This document shows, piece after piece, positions 39,198 to 50,224 of a stretch of 64,000 nucleotides of DNA. Position 1 is the stretch's first letter. Every line of letters starts with the position of its first letter. Under the pieces are notes generated by a model. It was not told where the DNA came from and did not search any database. It worked only from the letters and a program-made list of their open reading frames with translations. The position numbers and the translations under genes were made by a program. Origin of the DNA: Deferribacterales bacterium (GTDB lineage Bacteria; Chrysiogenota; Deferribacteres; Deferribacterales; Geovibrionaceae); assembly GCA_050251875.1 (NCBI GenBank), contig JBFWMA010000003.1:1-64000 (forward strand), in the 5' to 3' direction.

Positions 39198-40423
39198 GGC
39201 TGTTTTTTTATAATTTCGGCAAGCTCTCTGAGGGCTGTCTTCATGGTGCGCACTCTGATAGCGTCCCTGTCGCCTGACGGAAAATTATATCTCTTAGTCA
39301 CCACGGTTTTATCCACCACATAGCCTATGCAGACAGTCCCCACAGGTTTTTCATCCGTCCCGCCTCCGGGTCCGGCAACACCTGTTACGGAGACAGCGCA
39401 TCTGGTGCGTATCTGGTTCGCCACGCCCACCGCCATCGCCTTTGCGCATTCCTCGCTGACGGCTCCGTGCTGAATCAGAATATTCTCAGGAACTCTCAGC
39501 AGACGCATCTTCACATCGTTGCTGTAGGCGATTATCCCGCCCATATAAACTTCGCTCGATCCGGCGATGTCTGTCAGCTCTTTTCCGATGAGCCCGCCTG
39601 TGCAGCTCTCCGCTGTGGACAGCGTCATATTCTTCTCTTTCAGAAGGCGCAGAAGCATAGAAGCCATCGTATCGTTTCCGAAGCAGATGAACTGCTCGGG
39701 GAATCTGTTTTTCACCCTGTCGGCGTATTCGTCCAAAACATCTTTGTCAAACCCTCTGAGCTTGACTATTATCTCGCCCTTGGCAACGTTGATTATGCAC
39801 TCCATGCCTTCGGGAAAACCGAACTCCCTCAGCACATCGTCCACATCGGATTCCGGCAGACCGCCTATGCGGATATCCACGCTGTAGCGCTCTCTCATGT
39901 CAAATTTTGACCTGAGATAAGGCATCACATGGTTGTCGAACATCATATACATTTCATAGGGAACACCGGGCATGCTTATTATCGTGCCCTTGCCCCTGCT
40001 GACGGAAAAGCCCAGAGCCGTTCCGCTTCCGTTTGGAAATGTGACGCATCCTTCCGGAAGCATCGCCTGTCTGTAGTGGCTGTCTTTTATCGTTACTTTG
40101 AATTTTGAAAGCCGGCTAATCATATGAGCCTTCGCCTCTTCGTGCATCACGGTTTTCAGCCCTGCCGCTTCCGCCACAGTCTCCGCCGTGAGATCATCGA
40201 ATGTCGGTCCCAGCCCGCCTGTGGTGAATATCAGTTCATACTCATCCAGCGCCCTGCTGAAGATATCTACGATCATCTCTCTGTTGTCCGGAATCAGACG
40301 AACCTGATCCACATTGAACCCCGCCTTGGTGAGTCTGGAGCCCAGCCATGAGGAATTGGTATCCACGATGCTCCCTTCCAGAAGCTCGCTGCCGACAGCA
40401 AAGATACAGCACTTTACAGACAT
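39194..40423 (-). CDS. cinA: CinA competence/damage-inducible protein (MoCF-like plus NMN deamidase PncC domain)
   Basis: GSELLEG..DTN, TGGLGPTFDD, AESCTGG, GAVSEE, GVAGPGGG. Confidence 0.95.
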   Translation of the reverse strand: MSVKCCIFAVGSELLEGSIVDTNSSWLGSRLTKAGFNVDQVRLIPDNREMIVDIFSRALDEYELIFTTGGLGPTFDDLTAETVAEAAGLKTVMHEEAKAHMISRLSKFKVTIKDSHYRQAMLPEGCVTFPNGSGTALGFSVSRGKGTIISMPGVPYEMYMMFDNHVMPYLRSKFDMRERYSVDIRIGGLPESDVDDVLREFGFPEGMECIINVAKGEIIVKLRGFDKDVLDEYADRVKNRFPEQFICFGNDTMASMLLRLLKEKNMTLSTAESCTGGLIGKELTDIAGSSEVYMGGIIAYSNDVKMRLLRVPENILIQHGAVSEECAKAMAVGVANQIRTRCAVSVTGVAGPGGGTDEKPVGTVCIGYVVDKTVVTKRYNFPSGDRDAIRVRTMKTALRELAEIIKKQP

Positions 40424-40436
40424 TTCATCCCCCGAA

Positions 40437-40904
40437 TCAGATATGTGAATACAGCAGAGCGTATCCGCCGTATAAAAGAATCATAACTATCATAGAGTAA
40501 ACAGCCGCCAGCAGGTCGTCCAACATGACCCCCAGACCGCCCTCTATCTTTTCCAGTTTTTTTATGGGATAGGGTTTAGTGATGTCAAAAATACGGAAAA
40601 GAACAAAACCGATAAGCAGGCTCACTATATTAACCGGATAGAACAGGAAAATCATATAATATGCCGCTATCTCGTCTATGACGACCTCAGAGGCATCCTT
40701 CTTTCCGGTGAGCTGTTCGTATCTGTCCGCCGCCTTCACTCCGCCCACCAGCAGAACGAGGAAAATCAGCGCCTTCGCCCAGTAAGGCAGTGTGCCTGTG
40801 AGTGCCGTCAGAAGAACGGCGAAAACTGTGCCGAATGTTCCGGGAGCGAATTTTGTGAGACCCGATCCGAACCCCACAGCGTAAAATTTTAAAAATCTAT
40901 CCAT
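40437..40904 (-). CDS. pgpA: Phosphatidylglycerophosphatase A
   Basis: APGTFGT, VVIDE, FRIFDITKPYPI, GVMLDD. Confidence 0.95.
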   Translation of the reverse strand: MDRFLKFYAVGFGSGLTKFAPGTFGTVFAVLLTALTGTLPYWAKALIFLVLLVGGVKAADRYEQLTGKKDASEVVIDEIAAYYMIFLFYPVNIVSLLIGFVLFRIFDITKPYPIKKLEKIEGGLGVMLDDLLAAVYSMIVMILLYGGYALLYSHI

Positions 40905-41622
40905 TGTTTTCCTGTAATCTCAGAGCCTGTTTCAGGTCTATCTTTCCTTCGTAATAAGCCTTTCCGGTGATTGCTCCCAGAATTCCTTTTTTGCCTGCGA
41001 GCGCCTCTATGTCTTCTATGCCTTTCAGACCGCCGGAGGCTATCACGGGATATTTTATATCCTCAGCCAGCTTAATAGTCGCTTCGGTGTTGATACCTGT
41101 CAGCATGCCGTCACGGGATATGTCGGTGTATATCACGCTTTCGGCGGTGTATCCGGCATAGCTGTTTATCAGATCGGCGGCGGTGACGCTGCTCTTCTCA
41201 TACCAGCCCTCGGTCGCCACATATCCGTCTTTGGCGTCCACGCCCAGAATTATTCTGTCGGGATACGTCTTCATCGCCTCTTTGACAAACTCGGGGTCTT
41301 TCACAACCACAGTGCCTAAGATGCCGTATTTCACGCCTATGTTGAAATATGCTTTCAGCCTGTCCATGTTGCGGATTCCTCCGCCCACTTCTATATCCAT
41401 TCCGGCTTTCGCCACTATCTTTTCTATCAGGTCGAAGTTAGTCGCCTCGCCCTTTTTCGCCCCGTCCAGATCGACTATGTGCAGGCGTTTCACGCCCATG
41501 TCGGCGAACTGTTTCGCGGCGTCCAGAGGGTTATCGAAATATACGGTGAAATCATCCATGTCCCCCTGTCTCAGCCTGACGGCTTTTCCGTTCAGAAGGT
41601 CTATGGCGGGTATTATCAGCAT
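40897..41622 (-). CDS. hisA: ProFAR isomerase
   Basis: IIPAIDL, LHIVDLDGA, VGGGIR, TDISRDGML. Confidence 0.97.
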   Translation of the reverse strand: MLIIPAIDLLNGKAVRLRQGDMDDFTVYFDNPLDAAKQFADMGVKRLHIVDLDGAKKGEATNFDLIEKIVAKAGMDIEVGGGIRNMDRLKAYFNIGVKYGILGTVVVKDPEFVKEAMKTYPDRIILGVDAKDGYVATEGWYEKSSVTAADLINSYAGYTAESVIYTDISRDGMLTGINTEATIKLAEDIKYPVIASGGLKGIEDIEALAGKKGILGAITGKAYYEGKIDLKQALRLQENNG

Positions 41623-42236
41623 TTCCACTCTCCAAAATTTTTCAGCAGATTCACTCCCAGCTTCTGGCTCTTTTCCGGGTGAAACTGGGTGGCGGCGACA
41701 TTGTCTCTCACAACCATGGCTGTGAAGTCCACACCGTAAGAACAGGAGAGCGCCTCAACGCCTTCATCCTCCGCCTTCACACAGTATGAGTGGACAAAAT
41801 AGAAATAGTCTCCTGTTGAGATGCCGTCAAGTAAAGGATGTTCAAACTTTTTGTCAATTTGATTCCAGCCTATCTGCGGAATCTTCATCCCCTGCTCTAT
41901 TATCGAGTCGGGAAACTTTTTTACCGTGCCTTTGAATATGCCGAGTCCTTTGTGTTCGCCGAACTCCATACTCTTTTCGAACATCAGCTGCATGCCAACG
42001 CATATTCCCAGCATAGGCTTTCCCGTTTTTATAAAATCCAGAACTGCGTCTTTCAGACCGGATGACTCAAGTCCCGTATAACAGTCGCCGAAGGCGCCAA
42101 CGCCCGGCAGAACCGCTCTGTCAGCTTTTAATACTTTTTCCGGATCGGATGTTATGACGGCGTCATATCCCAGAGACTGAAGCGCTTTTTCCACGCTTCT
42201 CAAATTTCCCATCCCGTAATCTATGATAGAAATCAT
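41616..42236 (-). CDS. hisH: Imidazole glycerol phosphate synthase glutaminase subunit
   Basis: DYGMGNL, PGVGAF, GICVGMQ, QFHPEKS. Confidence 0.97.
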   Translation of the reverse strand: MISIIDYGMGNLRSVEKALQSLGYDAVITSDPEKVLKADRAVLPGVGAFGDCYTGLESSGLKDAVLDFIKTGKPMLGICVGMQLMFEKSMEFGEHKGLGIFKGTVKKFPDSIIEQGMKIPQIGWNQIDKKFEHPLLDGISTGDYFYFVHSYCVKAEDEGVEALSCSYGVDFTAMVVRDNVAATQFHPEKSQKLGVNLLKNFGEWKC

Positions 42237-42259
42237 TTAAACCTCAAAATATCTATTAC

Positions 42260-42338
42260 GTCACTGCGAGGAGCAGAGCGACGAAGCAGTCTCAAACACT
42301 GAGATTGCCACAGCCTCTTTAAGAGGCTTCGCAATGAC
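42260..42338 (-). repeat. Family A palindromic element, inverted relative to the 19.4 kb copies
   Basis: Reverse complement GTCATTGCGAA-GCCTCTTAAAGAGGCT-GTGGCAATCTCA-GTGTT-TGAGACTGCTTCG-TCGCTCTGCTC-CTCGCAGTGAC. Confidence 0.85.
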
Positions 42339-42349
42339 TAAAAATTTAC

Positions 42350-42476
42350 CTCAAAAATAACGTCCTGTCATTTTTTCGCTAACGCTTCGTTTCGGCAAAG
42401 CCTCACTTCACTCACGTTCCGCTCGCTCAGTCACTAAAAGAGCCTTCGCTCTCTCCACGAAGCGCATCCTGCGCTT
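42350..42476 (-). repeat. Family B structured element between hisB and hisH
   Basis: Plus strand AAAAATAACGTCCTGTCATTTTT, CGCTAACGCTTCG, AAGCGCATCCTGCGCTT; homologous to the copies at 43.1, 56.55 and 56.74 kb. Confidence 0.8.
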
Positions 42477-42488
42477 TTATTCAAATAG

Positions 42489-43073
42489 TTACTTATCCAG
42501 CGAGCCCTTGGTGGACATCACCTTGTCGGACTCTATGCGCACGGCGTCTTTCACGGCACGGGCGAAGCATTTGAATATGCCCTCTATTATGTGGTGGGTG
42601 TTGCGCCCGTATCTTTTTATTATGTGCAGGTTGATACCCGCTCTGTCGGCAAATGCTTTGAAAAATTCCTCGGTCAGCTCTGTGTCGAAATCGCCCACTT
42701 TATCCGCCGGGATCTCAGCGTCAAAATTAAGATATGTGCGTCCGGAAAAATCCACGGCGCATTCTATCAGCGTCTCATCCATAGGCAGGAGGAAAAAACC
42801 GTATCTGCGGATTCCCTTCTTGTCGCCCAGCGCCTCACGAAAAGCGTCTCCCATCACAATCCCGATATCCTCGGCTGTGTGGTGGCTGTCTATGTGCAGG
42901 TCACCCTTGGCGGTGAGCGCCATGTCGAAGGAACCGTGTCTGGTGAACAGCTCCAGCATGTGATTCAGAAAACCGATTCCGGTGTCTATCTTATAAACGC
43001 CCTCACCATCCACATTCAGGCTGATGCTTATCTCTGTTTCGGTAGTTTTTCTGGAGATTTCTGATTTTCTCAC
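42489..43073 (-). CDS. hisB: Imidazoleglycerol-phosphate dehydratase
   Basis: RKTTET, DSHHTAED, PMDE, NTHHIIEGIFK, STKG. GTG start at 43073 with GAGGG RBS. Confidence 0.96.
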   Translation of the reverse strand: MRKSEISRKTTETEISISLNVDGEGVYKIDTGIGFLNHMLELFTRHGSFDMALTAKGDLHIDSHHTAEDIGIVMGDAFREALGDKKGIRRYGFFLLPMDETLIECAVDFSGRTYLNFDAEIPADKVGDFDTELTEEFFKAFADRAGINLHIIKRYGRNTHHIIEGIFKCFARAVKDAVRIESDKVMSTKGSLDK

Positions 43074-43084
43074 GGCAGTCCCTC

Positions 43085-43246
43085 TACTTCGAACTTTTAT
43101 TTTACAACCAAACTTACATAATTTTTTCGTCCTGAAAAAATTATGCCAACGCTCCGTATGAATAAAATCCATACTCCGCTCACACTGCGCAGACGTATCT
43201 GCTCCGTGCGGCACATCCTGTGCCATACTTCGAACTTTTATTTTAC
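43085..43246 (-). mobile_element. Family B element (43106-43225) flanked by a perfect 21-bp direct repeat; putative non-autonomous insertion
   Basis: TACTTCGAACTTTTATTTTAC at 43085-43105 and 43226-43246. The interior has CATAATTTTTTCGTCCTGAAAAAATTATG and GGCACATCCTGTGCC hairpins. Confidence 0.7.
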
Positions 43247-43334
43247 TTTACTGTCATGATATATTATCCTAACATAATACAAAAATAAATATCTATTCCT
43301 TTAAGAATTTACCTTTTACGAGAGATATAAGCAC

Positions 43335-44225
43335 ATGAAATACCGCAAAACACTCTCCAAAAACTATGAACTGACAGAAAGAGACATAGAACATCTCCTT
43401 TATATCCAGCCTTTTATGGCAAAATATAAAGACGAGTTTCTGGAAGACGCCGCAGAAAAGATCGAGACATTTCAGCTGAGCGACAGACAGAAAGAAGCCA
43501 TCAAAGCCAATATGGAAAAGATGGGGATGTGGTATGACAGAGTGTTTGACGGCATGCCGGACAACGCTTATTTCACTTTTCTTCATAAACTGGGATATTC
43601 TCTCAGCAAATACAGCTTCGATCAGGAGATCATACCCACCCTTATCAGCTTCTGCCGTCTGTGGATGCACGAAAAAATCTTCGTGATAATGGATGACGAC
43701 ATCCGCAGAAAAGGGATTCTGCTCTCCATGCACAAGATGCTGGATATCAACAACGAAATCATCATCAGCGCTTATTACGACAAGCTCGTAAGCAGCTATA
43801 ACCCTGTGCACACCTACCGCAACTCTGTTGTGCGTGTCAGCGAGAAATTCTCTTTCTTAATGCACACTGCGCTGGTAACCGTGCTGATGCTGCTCACGCT
43901 CATGGCTGGCTGGGTGTTCATAGAGGAAGCCATCCACATGTTCCACGAACAGAGCGACCACGCTCTGATCACCGCTCTGGGTTCGCTCCTTATCATCTGG
44001 GTTCTGGTGGAGCTGATGCACACCGAGATACAGATGATAAAAGGCGGAAAGTTCAAAAACTCGATTTTTATCAGTGTCGCGCTCATTGCTTTTATTCGTG
44101 ACCTGATGATCATAACGCTGAAACATGAGACAACCAACATGCTTCAGCATGGTTTTATCCTCGGCTCGATACTCGTTCTGGGCGTCATATACTGGCTGAT
44201 AGTTAAAACCGAAAATTCTAACTGA
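43335..44225 (+). CDS. Protoglobin-like domain fused to a PsiE-family membrane domain
   Basis: Helical N-domain ([21 protein letters not shown]) followed by four TM helices with IWVLVEL and VALIAFIR. Confidence 0.7.
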   Translation: MKYRKTLSKNYELTERDIEHLLYIQPFMAKYKDEFLEDAAEKIETFQLSDRQKEAIKANMEKMGMWYDRVFDGMPDNAYFTFLHKLGYSLSKYSFDQEIIPTLISFCRLWMHEKIFVIMDDDIRRKGILLSMHKMLDINNEIIISAYYDKLVSSYNPVHTYRNSVVRVSEKFSFLMHTALVTVLMLLTLMAGWVFIEEAIHMFHEQSDHALITALGSLLIIWVLVELMHTEIQMIKGGKFKNSIFISVALIAFIRDLMIITLKHETTNMLQHGFILGSILVLGVIYWLIVKTENSN

Positions 44226-44241
44226 TTTTGGAGTTTCATTC

Positions 44242-46839
44242 ATGCTTAAATCAATAGCTAAAGCAATCTTCGGCTCATACGCCGAACGCTATATCAAGTC
44301 CATGCAGCCCATGGTGGACTCTGTCAACGCTCTGGAACCGAAAATGCTGGCGCTCACCAACGCCGAGCTGGCTGGAGTTACGCTGACTCTCAGAGAACGT
44401 CTGGAAAAAGGCGAAAACGAAGATAAAATACTCAGCGATGCGTTCGCCCTCGTCAGAGAAGCGGGCAGACGCACACTGAATATGCGTCACTTCGATGTTC
44501 AGCTCATGGGCGGATACGCCCTGCACAAAGGCAAAATATCAGAGATGAAAACCGGTGAGGGTAAAACTCTGGTGGCGACACTCGCCATGTATCTGAACGC
44601 CGTCAGCGGCAAGGGAGCGCATCTGGTAACGGTGAACGACTACCTCGCCAGACGTGACGCCCAGTGGATGAGCCCCATCTATAAAATACTCGGTCTGTCT
44701 GTCGGTATTATCCAGCACGAAAGATCGTTCATAGTGGAGTGGGAGGACGAAAACACCTTCACCACCACACTCAGAGAGGTCACACGATCAGAAGCCTATG
44801 CGGCGGACATCACATACGGAACAAACAACGAGTTCGGTTTCGACTATCTCCGTGACAACATGAAGCCCCCCTATGAGCCTCTGGCACAGCGTGAGCTTAA
44901 CTTCGCCATTGTGGATGAGGTTGACTCCATCCTGATAGACGAGGCGAGAACTCCCCTTATCATCTCCGGTCCCACAGAGAGAAGCACAGAGAAATATTAT
45001 GACGTGGACGCAGTGGTTAGACTGCTTCAGCCCACAGAACACTATACTTTCGATGAAAAAAACAGAACCGTTCAGCTCAACGACAACGGTATCAACCTGA
45101 TAGAAAATGAGATGAAGCTCGACAACCTCTATGACATCAAACATGTGGACGTCCTGCACAACATCAACAATTCGCTGAAGGCACACGCACTCTTCAAAAA
45201 AGACGTGGACTATGTGGTGAAAGACGGACAGGTAGTCATAGTGGATGAGTTCACCGGACGCCTTCAGCCCGGCAGACGCTATTCAGACGGCATGCACCAG
45301 GCTCTGGAAGCCAAAGAAGGCGTTAAAATCGAGAGCGAAAACCAGACTCTCGCCTCCATCACCTTTCAGAACTATTTCAGAATGTATAAGAAACTCGCCG
45401 GTATGACAGGTACCGCCATCACAGAGGCGCAGGAATTCTTATCAATATACAACCTCGGCGTGGCGGTCATCCCCACCAACATGAAGATGATCCGTAAAGA
45501 CTACACTGATGTAATCTACAGAACAGCCAAGGAAAAATATCTCGCCATCGTGGCAGAGATAGAAGAGATGAATAAATCCGGCAGACCCGTTCTGGTGGGT
45601 ACAAGCTCCATAGAAAAGTCTGAGCTCATCAGCGCCCTCCTCACCAAAAAAGGCATCAGACACGAAGTTCTGAACGCCAAAAACCACGAGAGAGAGGCGG
45701 AGATAGTAAAAGACGCCGGATCAAAAGGCGCCGTTACCATCGCCACAAACATGGCTGGACGCGGTACCGACATTAAGCTGGGTGACGGAGTTATAGATCT
45801 GGGCGGTCTGCACATCATCGGTACAGACAGACACGAATCACGCCGTATCGACAACCAGCTCAGAGGACGTGCCGGACGTCAGGGCGACCCCGGTTCATCC
45901 AGATTTTTCGTTTCTCTGGAAGACGACCTCATGCGTATCTTCGGATCAGAAAAGATCTCCGCCATCATGCAGAGACTGGGCATGAAAGAGGGCGAATCCA
46001 TAGAGCACTCCATCATATCAAAATCGATTGAGGGAGCGCAGAAGAAGGTGGAGGCATTCCACTTCGAAATCAGAAAGCACCTGCTGGACTATGACAACGT
46101 AATGAACCAGCAGAGAAACGTAATATACTCTCTGCGTAAGGATATTATGCAGGGCGAGGCCGCTGACGAAATAGTGACCGAAACCATTGAGAATGTTATC
46201 GAATCCATGACCGAGGCGCACATCAACAGCGCCGAGCGCCCCGATTTCGAGGCATTCGAGAAAGATATTTTCTCAGTATTCGATTTCGAGTTCACCTTCA
46301 GCAGCGACAAAAGAATCTATCAGCAGGAGCTGGAGCGTCTCAGAGCCGAGATCGCTAAAAAGCTCGATGAGAAGAAAGAGCAGTTCGGCGGATATTTCGC
46401 CGAAGTCGCCAGGTTCCTCTACATCAACGTTCTGGATTCTAAGTGGAAAGAGAATCTTCTCCACATGGATCACCTGAGAGACTCAGTGGGCTTAAGAGGA
46501 TACGGACAGAAAGACCCGCTGAACGAATACAAGCGTGAGGCATACAACCTGTTTGTCAGCATGATGAACCGCATCAATTCCGAAGTTGTCAGATTCCTCT
46601 TCCATGTGGAGCTGGACAACAGAGCCGACATAGAACAGGCGGAAAAACAGCAGGAACGTGTGCAAACCAAAGAAGAACAGAGAGACATCTTCGCAGAAGA
46701 CAAAAAATCAGCCGAAGAGAAACGGGCGCCCATCAAAAGGGATGTGCCGAAGGTCGGCAGAAACGATCTCTGTCCCTGCGGAAGCGGAAAAAAATATAAA
46801 AAATGCTGCGGAGCAAACGAAGCAGACTCAGAAGATTAA
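44242..46839 (+). CDS. secA: Preprotein translocase ATPase SecA
   Basis: [60 protein letters not shown]. Confidence 0.99.
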   Translation: MLKSIAKAIFGSYAERYIKSMQPMVDSVNALEPKMLALTNAELAGVTLTLRERLEKGENEDKILSDAFALVREAGRRTLNMRHFDVQLMGGYALHKGKISEMKTGEGKTLVATLAMYLNAVSGKGAHLVTVNDYLARRDAQWMSPIYKILGLSVGIIQHERSFIVEWEDENTFTTTLREVTRSEAYAADITYGTNNEFGFDYLRDNMKPPYEPLAQRELNFAIVDEVDSILIDEARTPLIISGPTERSTEKYYDVDAVVRLLQPTEHYTFDEKNRTVQLNDNGINLIENEMKLDNLYDIKHVDVLHNINNSLKAHALFKKDVDYVVKDGQVVIVDEFTGRLQPGRRYSDGMHQALEAKEGVKIESENQTLASITFQNYFRMYKKLAGMTGTAITEAQEFLSIYNLGVAVIPTNMKMIRKDYTDVIYRTAKEKYLAIVAEIEEMNKSGRPVLVGTSSIEKSELISALLTKKGIRHEVLNAKNHEREAEIVKDAGSKGAVTIATNMAGRGTDIKLGDGVIDLGGLHIIGTDRHESRRIDNQLRGRAGRQGDPGSSRFFVSLEDDLMRIFGSEKISAIMQRLGMKEGESIEHSIISKSIEGAQKKVEAFHFEIRKHLLDYDNVMNQQRNVIYSLRKDIMQGEAADEIVTETIENVIESMTEAHINSAERPDFEAFEKDIFSVFDFEFTFSSDKRIYQQELERLRAEIAKKLDEKKEQFGGYFAEVARFLYINVLDSKWKENLLHMDHLRDSVGLRGYGQKDPLNEYKREAYNLFVSMMNRINSEVVRFLFHVELDNRADIEQAEKQQERVQTKEEQRDIFAEDKKSAEEKRAPIKRDVPKVGRNDLCPCGSGKKYKKCCGANEADSED

Positions 46840-46843
46840 CACT

Positions 46844-46870
46844 AAGCGGAGCGAATGCTCCGCTTTTTTT
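46844..46870 (+). terminator. Intrinsic terminator of secA
   Basis: AAGCGGAGC-GAAT-GCTCCGCTT followed by a T run. Confidence 0.85.
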
Positions 46871-46884
46871 ATATGGAGGCTTAT

Positions 46885-47430
46885 ATGAAAAGTTTCCCTC
46901 TGACAAAAGCATACCGGTTTCTGGAGCCCGGACCTGTCATACTGCTCACCACCCATGACGGCATCAGAGACAATGTCATGACACTCAGCTACATGATGAT
47001 AATCGATGATAATATCCCGCTGATAGCTGTCAGCATGGGCGGGTGGGACTACAGCTTCGACACTTTGATGACCCGTAAGCAGTGCGTGGTGTGCGTTCCG
47101 GCGGACGACATGCTCAAAACCGTGGTGGATATAGGCAACTGCTCCGGAGCGGACACGGATAAATTCGCTCTGTTCGGTCTGACTGCGGTGAAGGCATCCG
47201 AGGTAACGCCGCCGCTGATAGCCCAGTGTCCGGTGAATCTGGAATGTGTGGTGCATGACGATTCTCTGGCGGATAAGTATAATCTGATAATCCTGCGAGT
47301 GGTAAAGGCGTGGGCAGACAAAACCGAATTTAAAAAGATACATCATAACGGTGACGGGACATATGTTATAGACGGCGAGACCTTCGACATGAAAGACAGG
47401 ATGACACGCTGGCCTGACTATATAAAATAA
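46885..47430 (+). CDS. Flavin reductase-like FMN-binding protein
   Basis: PGPVILLTT, GNCSG..DKF, PLIAQCPVNLEC; GGAGG RBS before ATG 46885. Confidence 0.85.
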   Translation: MKSFPLTKAYRFLEPGPVILLTTHDGIRDNVMTLSYMMIIDDNIPLIAVSMGGWDYSFDTLMTRKQCVVCVPADDMLKTVVDIGNCSGADTDKFALFGLTAVKASEVTPPLIAQCPVNLECVVHDDSLADKYNLIILRVVKAWADKTEFKKIHHNGDGTYVIDGETFDMKDRMTRWPDYIK

Positions 47431-47465
47431 AAAGACCGGCAGAGGCCTCGCTCCACCGGTCTTTT
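47430..47465. terminator. Bidirectional terminator between convergent genes
   Basis: AAAAGACCGG...CCGGTCTTTT. Confidence 0.75.
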
Positions 47466-47571
47466 GTTATAAAGACAGCCGCTTTTCTCAAGCAACTATT
47501 CCATACAATTTAAACGTGTTTCCACGTTTTGCCTCTGTTAAAGCTATGCTTGAACTAAGGCGTGATAAGTA

Positions 47572-47790
47572 TTAATAATATTTATACTTATCGTTGAGTT
47601 TGCGCTGAAGTTTCTGCTGTTTGCGTTTAGCTTTCAGCAGTTTTTTTCTGCGAACCTCTGTGGGTTTCTCATAATAGGTATGAGTTTTAATCTCCCTAAT
47701 GAGACCCTCGCGCTCGATCTTCTTTTTCAGAAGTTTCAGAGCGTAGTCGACGTTATCTCCGTCAACTTTTACAATAGCGTTAATTGCCAC
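47572..47790 (-). CDS. rpsU: 30S ribosomal protein S21
   Basis: ALKLLKKKIEREG..YYEKPTEVRR. Likely GTG start at 47790 (alternative 47799). Confidence 0.92.
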   Translation of the reverse strand: MAINAIVKVDGDNVDYALKLLKKKIEREGLIREIKTHTYYEKPTEVRRKKLLKAKRKQQKLQRKLNDKYKYY

Positions 47791-47814
47791 TGTAATCACA
47801 TCCTTTCTTGGTAT

Positions 47815-50124
47815 TTAAATTAGTACCAGCTCCAAAACTTCGTCAATATGCTCAACCAAGTGGAACCGGAGCATTGTTTTAACATCAGACGGAATATCTG
47901 TCAAGTCCTTCTCATTACTTTTCGGGAAAATAACTTCTTTTACACCAGCTCTGTGAGCCGCCAGCACCTTTTCTTTCAGTCCGCCGATAGCGAGCACTCG
48001 TCCACGAAGGGTTATTTCGCCCGTCATGGCTATGTCGCATTTCACCTGTCTCTCTGACAGCGCCGACAGTATGGCTGTGGTCATGGTGATCCCCGCGCTG
48101 GGACCGTCTTTGGGCACGGCACCCTCCGGAACGTGGACATGCACGTCAAATTCCGAGAATCTTTTTGCAGGAATCTGGAGTTTTGTAGCGCAGCTTTTCG
48201 CAACGGTATAAGCCGTTTGAGCGGATTCTTTCATAACATCGCCCAGCTTGCCCGTAAGCTGCATCTTGCCGGAACCTCTGTATACGGCGACCTCTATCTG
48301 GAGGATATCTCCGCCGTATGGCGTCCACGCCAGCCCGGTGGCAACACCCACTTCCACGGCTTTCGGAATGGCTTCCATTCGGAATTTTTCCTTTCCGAGG
48401 AATTTTTCCAGATTTTTTCCGTTTATCTTAACCGTTTTCAGGTTGGAATTCTCAACAATCTTTTTAGCGGATTTTCTGATGAGCGAAGCGATATTGCGCT
48501 CCAGATTTCTAACGCCCGCCTCTTTCGTGTATCCTCTGATGATTCCGTACACTGCGCTGTCGGCTATCTTCACCCTTTCATCGTCCAGATGGTGTTCTTT
48601 CAGCTGTTTTGGTATCAGAAACTGAGACGCTATGCCGAATTTCTCTTTTTCGGTATAACCGCTGACGTTAATGACCTCCATCCTGTCCAGAAGCGCTCTG
48701 GGGATGCCGTCTATACTGTTGGACGTGGTGATGAACAGCACCTTCGAAAGGTCGAACTCCACCTCAAGATAGTGATCCATAAACGTGGAGTTCTGCTCGG
48801 GGTCGAGCACCTCCAGAAGAGCAGATGACGGATCGCCTCTGAAATCTGAGCCGAGTTTATCTATCTCATCCAGCAGGAACACGGGGTTCATGCTTTTCGC
48901 CTTTTTTATCGATTGAAGAATCTTGCCCGGCATTGAGCCGATATATGTTTTTCTGTGTCCTCTGATCTCCGCCTCGTCACGCACGCCGCCCAGCGACATC
49001 CGCACGAACTCTCTGCCCATGGCTTCCGCTATGGAGCGAGCCAGAGATGTTTTACCCACCCCGGGAGGTCCTGTGAAGCAGATTATCGGTCCTTTGATAT
49101 CCGGAGCGATGGTCTTAACAGCCAGATATTCCAGAATCCTCTCTTTGGGTTTTTCCAGTCCGAAATGGTCTCTGTCCAGAATCTTTTCAGCGTTTTTCAG
49201 ATCCAGAACGTCTTCGGAAAAACTGCCCCAGGGCATGCTGAGCAGCCAGTCCAGATAGTTTCTGACCACTGTCGCCTCAGCGCTCATGGGTGACATCAGC
49301 TTCAGCTTGCGCAGCTCTTTTCCGGCTCTCTCTCTGACGGAATCAGAGAATTTCGCCTCTTTTATCCTCTCTTCGAGCTCGTCCAGATCGGCTTTGAAAT
49401 CATCGTCCTTTCCCAGCTCCTCGTTGATGGCCTTCACCTGTTCGCCCAGATAATATTCCTTCTGAGCTTTCGACATCTGGTTTTTCACCTTCTGTCTGAT
49501 GCGGTTATCCATCTTTACCAGTTCTATATATGTCTGGACAGTTTCTATAACCTTTTCCGCCCTCTCCTGAGCGTCATCGGTCTCCAGAACTATCTGCTGT
49601 TCGTCATTTTTCACAGGCATGTATGATATAACGGAGTATGCCAGCCTGTTTATATCGTCTATCTCGCTGACGGCGCTCAGTACGTTTTCATTTATCTTCT
49701 TAGACAGCTCGGCATACTGGCGGAAGCTGTCGGCGAGCATTTTGAAAAGGGCTGCCTCCTCCTCAGGATGCACTTCACCGTCTTCCAGAAGGCTTACGTT
49801 GGCATATAAGCACTCGTTCTCATCCGCTATAGACAGAATCCTTCCCCGCTCTATACCTTCCACCAGGAGCTTAACAGTGCCGTCAGGCAGCTTAAGCACC
49901 TGAAGTATCTTCGCCGCCACTCCGGTTTTGTATATATCGTCATACTCAGGGTTATTCTCCTCCTCGTCCTGCTGGAGGACGAAAAAAACATATCCGTTTC
50001 CGTTGTCGGCGACATCCACGGCATTCACCGATCTGTCACGCCCAACGAAGACGGGTGTTATCATATAAGGAAAAATAACCATGTCCCTGAGAGGGATCAG
50101 AGGATACTGCTCAATTCTTTCCAT
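47815..50124 (-). CDS. lon: ATP-dependent protease La
   Basis: [33 protein letters not shown]. Confidence 0.98.
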   Translation of the reverse strand: MERIEQYPLIPLRDMVIFPYMITPVFVGRDRSVNAVDVADNGNGYVFFVLQQDEEENNPEYDDIYKTGVAAKILQVLKLPDGTVKLLVEGIERGRILSIADENECLYANVSLLEDGEVHPEEEAALFKMLADSFRQYAELSKKINENVLSAVSEIDDINRLAYSVISYMPVKNDEQQIVLETDDAQERAEKVIETVQTYIELVKMDNRIRQKVKNQMSKAQKEYYLGEQVKAINEELGKDDDFKADLDELEERIKEAKFSDSVRERAGKELRKLKLMSPMSAEATVVRNYLDWLLSMPWGSFSEDVLDLKNAEKILDRDHFGLEKPKERILEYLAVKTIAPDIKGPIICFTGPPGVGKTSLARSIAEAMGREFVRMSLGGVRDEAEIRGHRKTYIGSMPGKILQSIKKAKSMNPVFLLDEIDKLGSDFRGDPSSALLEVLDPEQNSTFMDHYLEVEFDLSKVLFITTSNSIDGIPRALLDRMEVINVSGYTEKEKFGIASQFLIPKQLKEHHLDDERVKIADSAVYGIIRGYTKEAGVRNLERNIASLIRKSAKKIVENSNLKTVKINGKNLEKFLGKEKFRMEAIPKAVEVGVATGLAWTPYGGDILQIEVAVYRGSGKMQLTGKLGDVMKESAQTAYTVAKSCATKLQIPAKRFSEFDVHVHVPEGAVPKDGPSAGITMTTAILSALSERQVKCDIAMTGEITLRGRVLAIGGLKEKVLAAHRAGVKEVIFPKSNEKDLTDIPSDVKTMLRFHLVEHIDEVLELVLI

Positions 50125-50224
50125 TATTCACCTTGAAGTTTCATCGAAAAATAAAGCAATGCCGAAAAACCGCATTGCTTTAACTATAATAGTTGTTTTT
50201 TGGTTAAAAGGGCAAGTAGAAGTT

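Noticed and set aside
43074..43226. N-terminal extension of HisB, or a his attenuator
   Set aside because: The extension is read-through of the family B element. The true start is GTG 43073 with an RBS, and there is no His-codon run.
47500..47540. c-di-GMP-I riboswitch, 6S RNA or SRP RNA
   Set aside because: Only GGCAAA-stem-GAAA matches the riboswitch and no gene lies downstream. It is too short for 6S and lacks the SRP internal-loop motif. Kept only as an unassigned hairpin.
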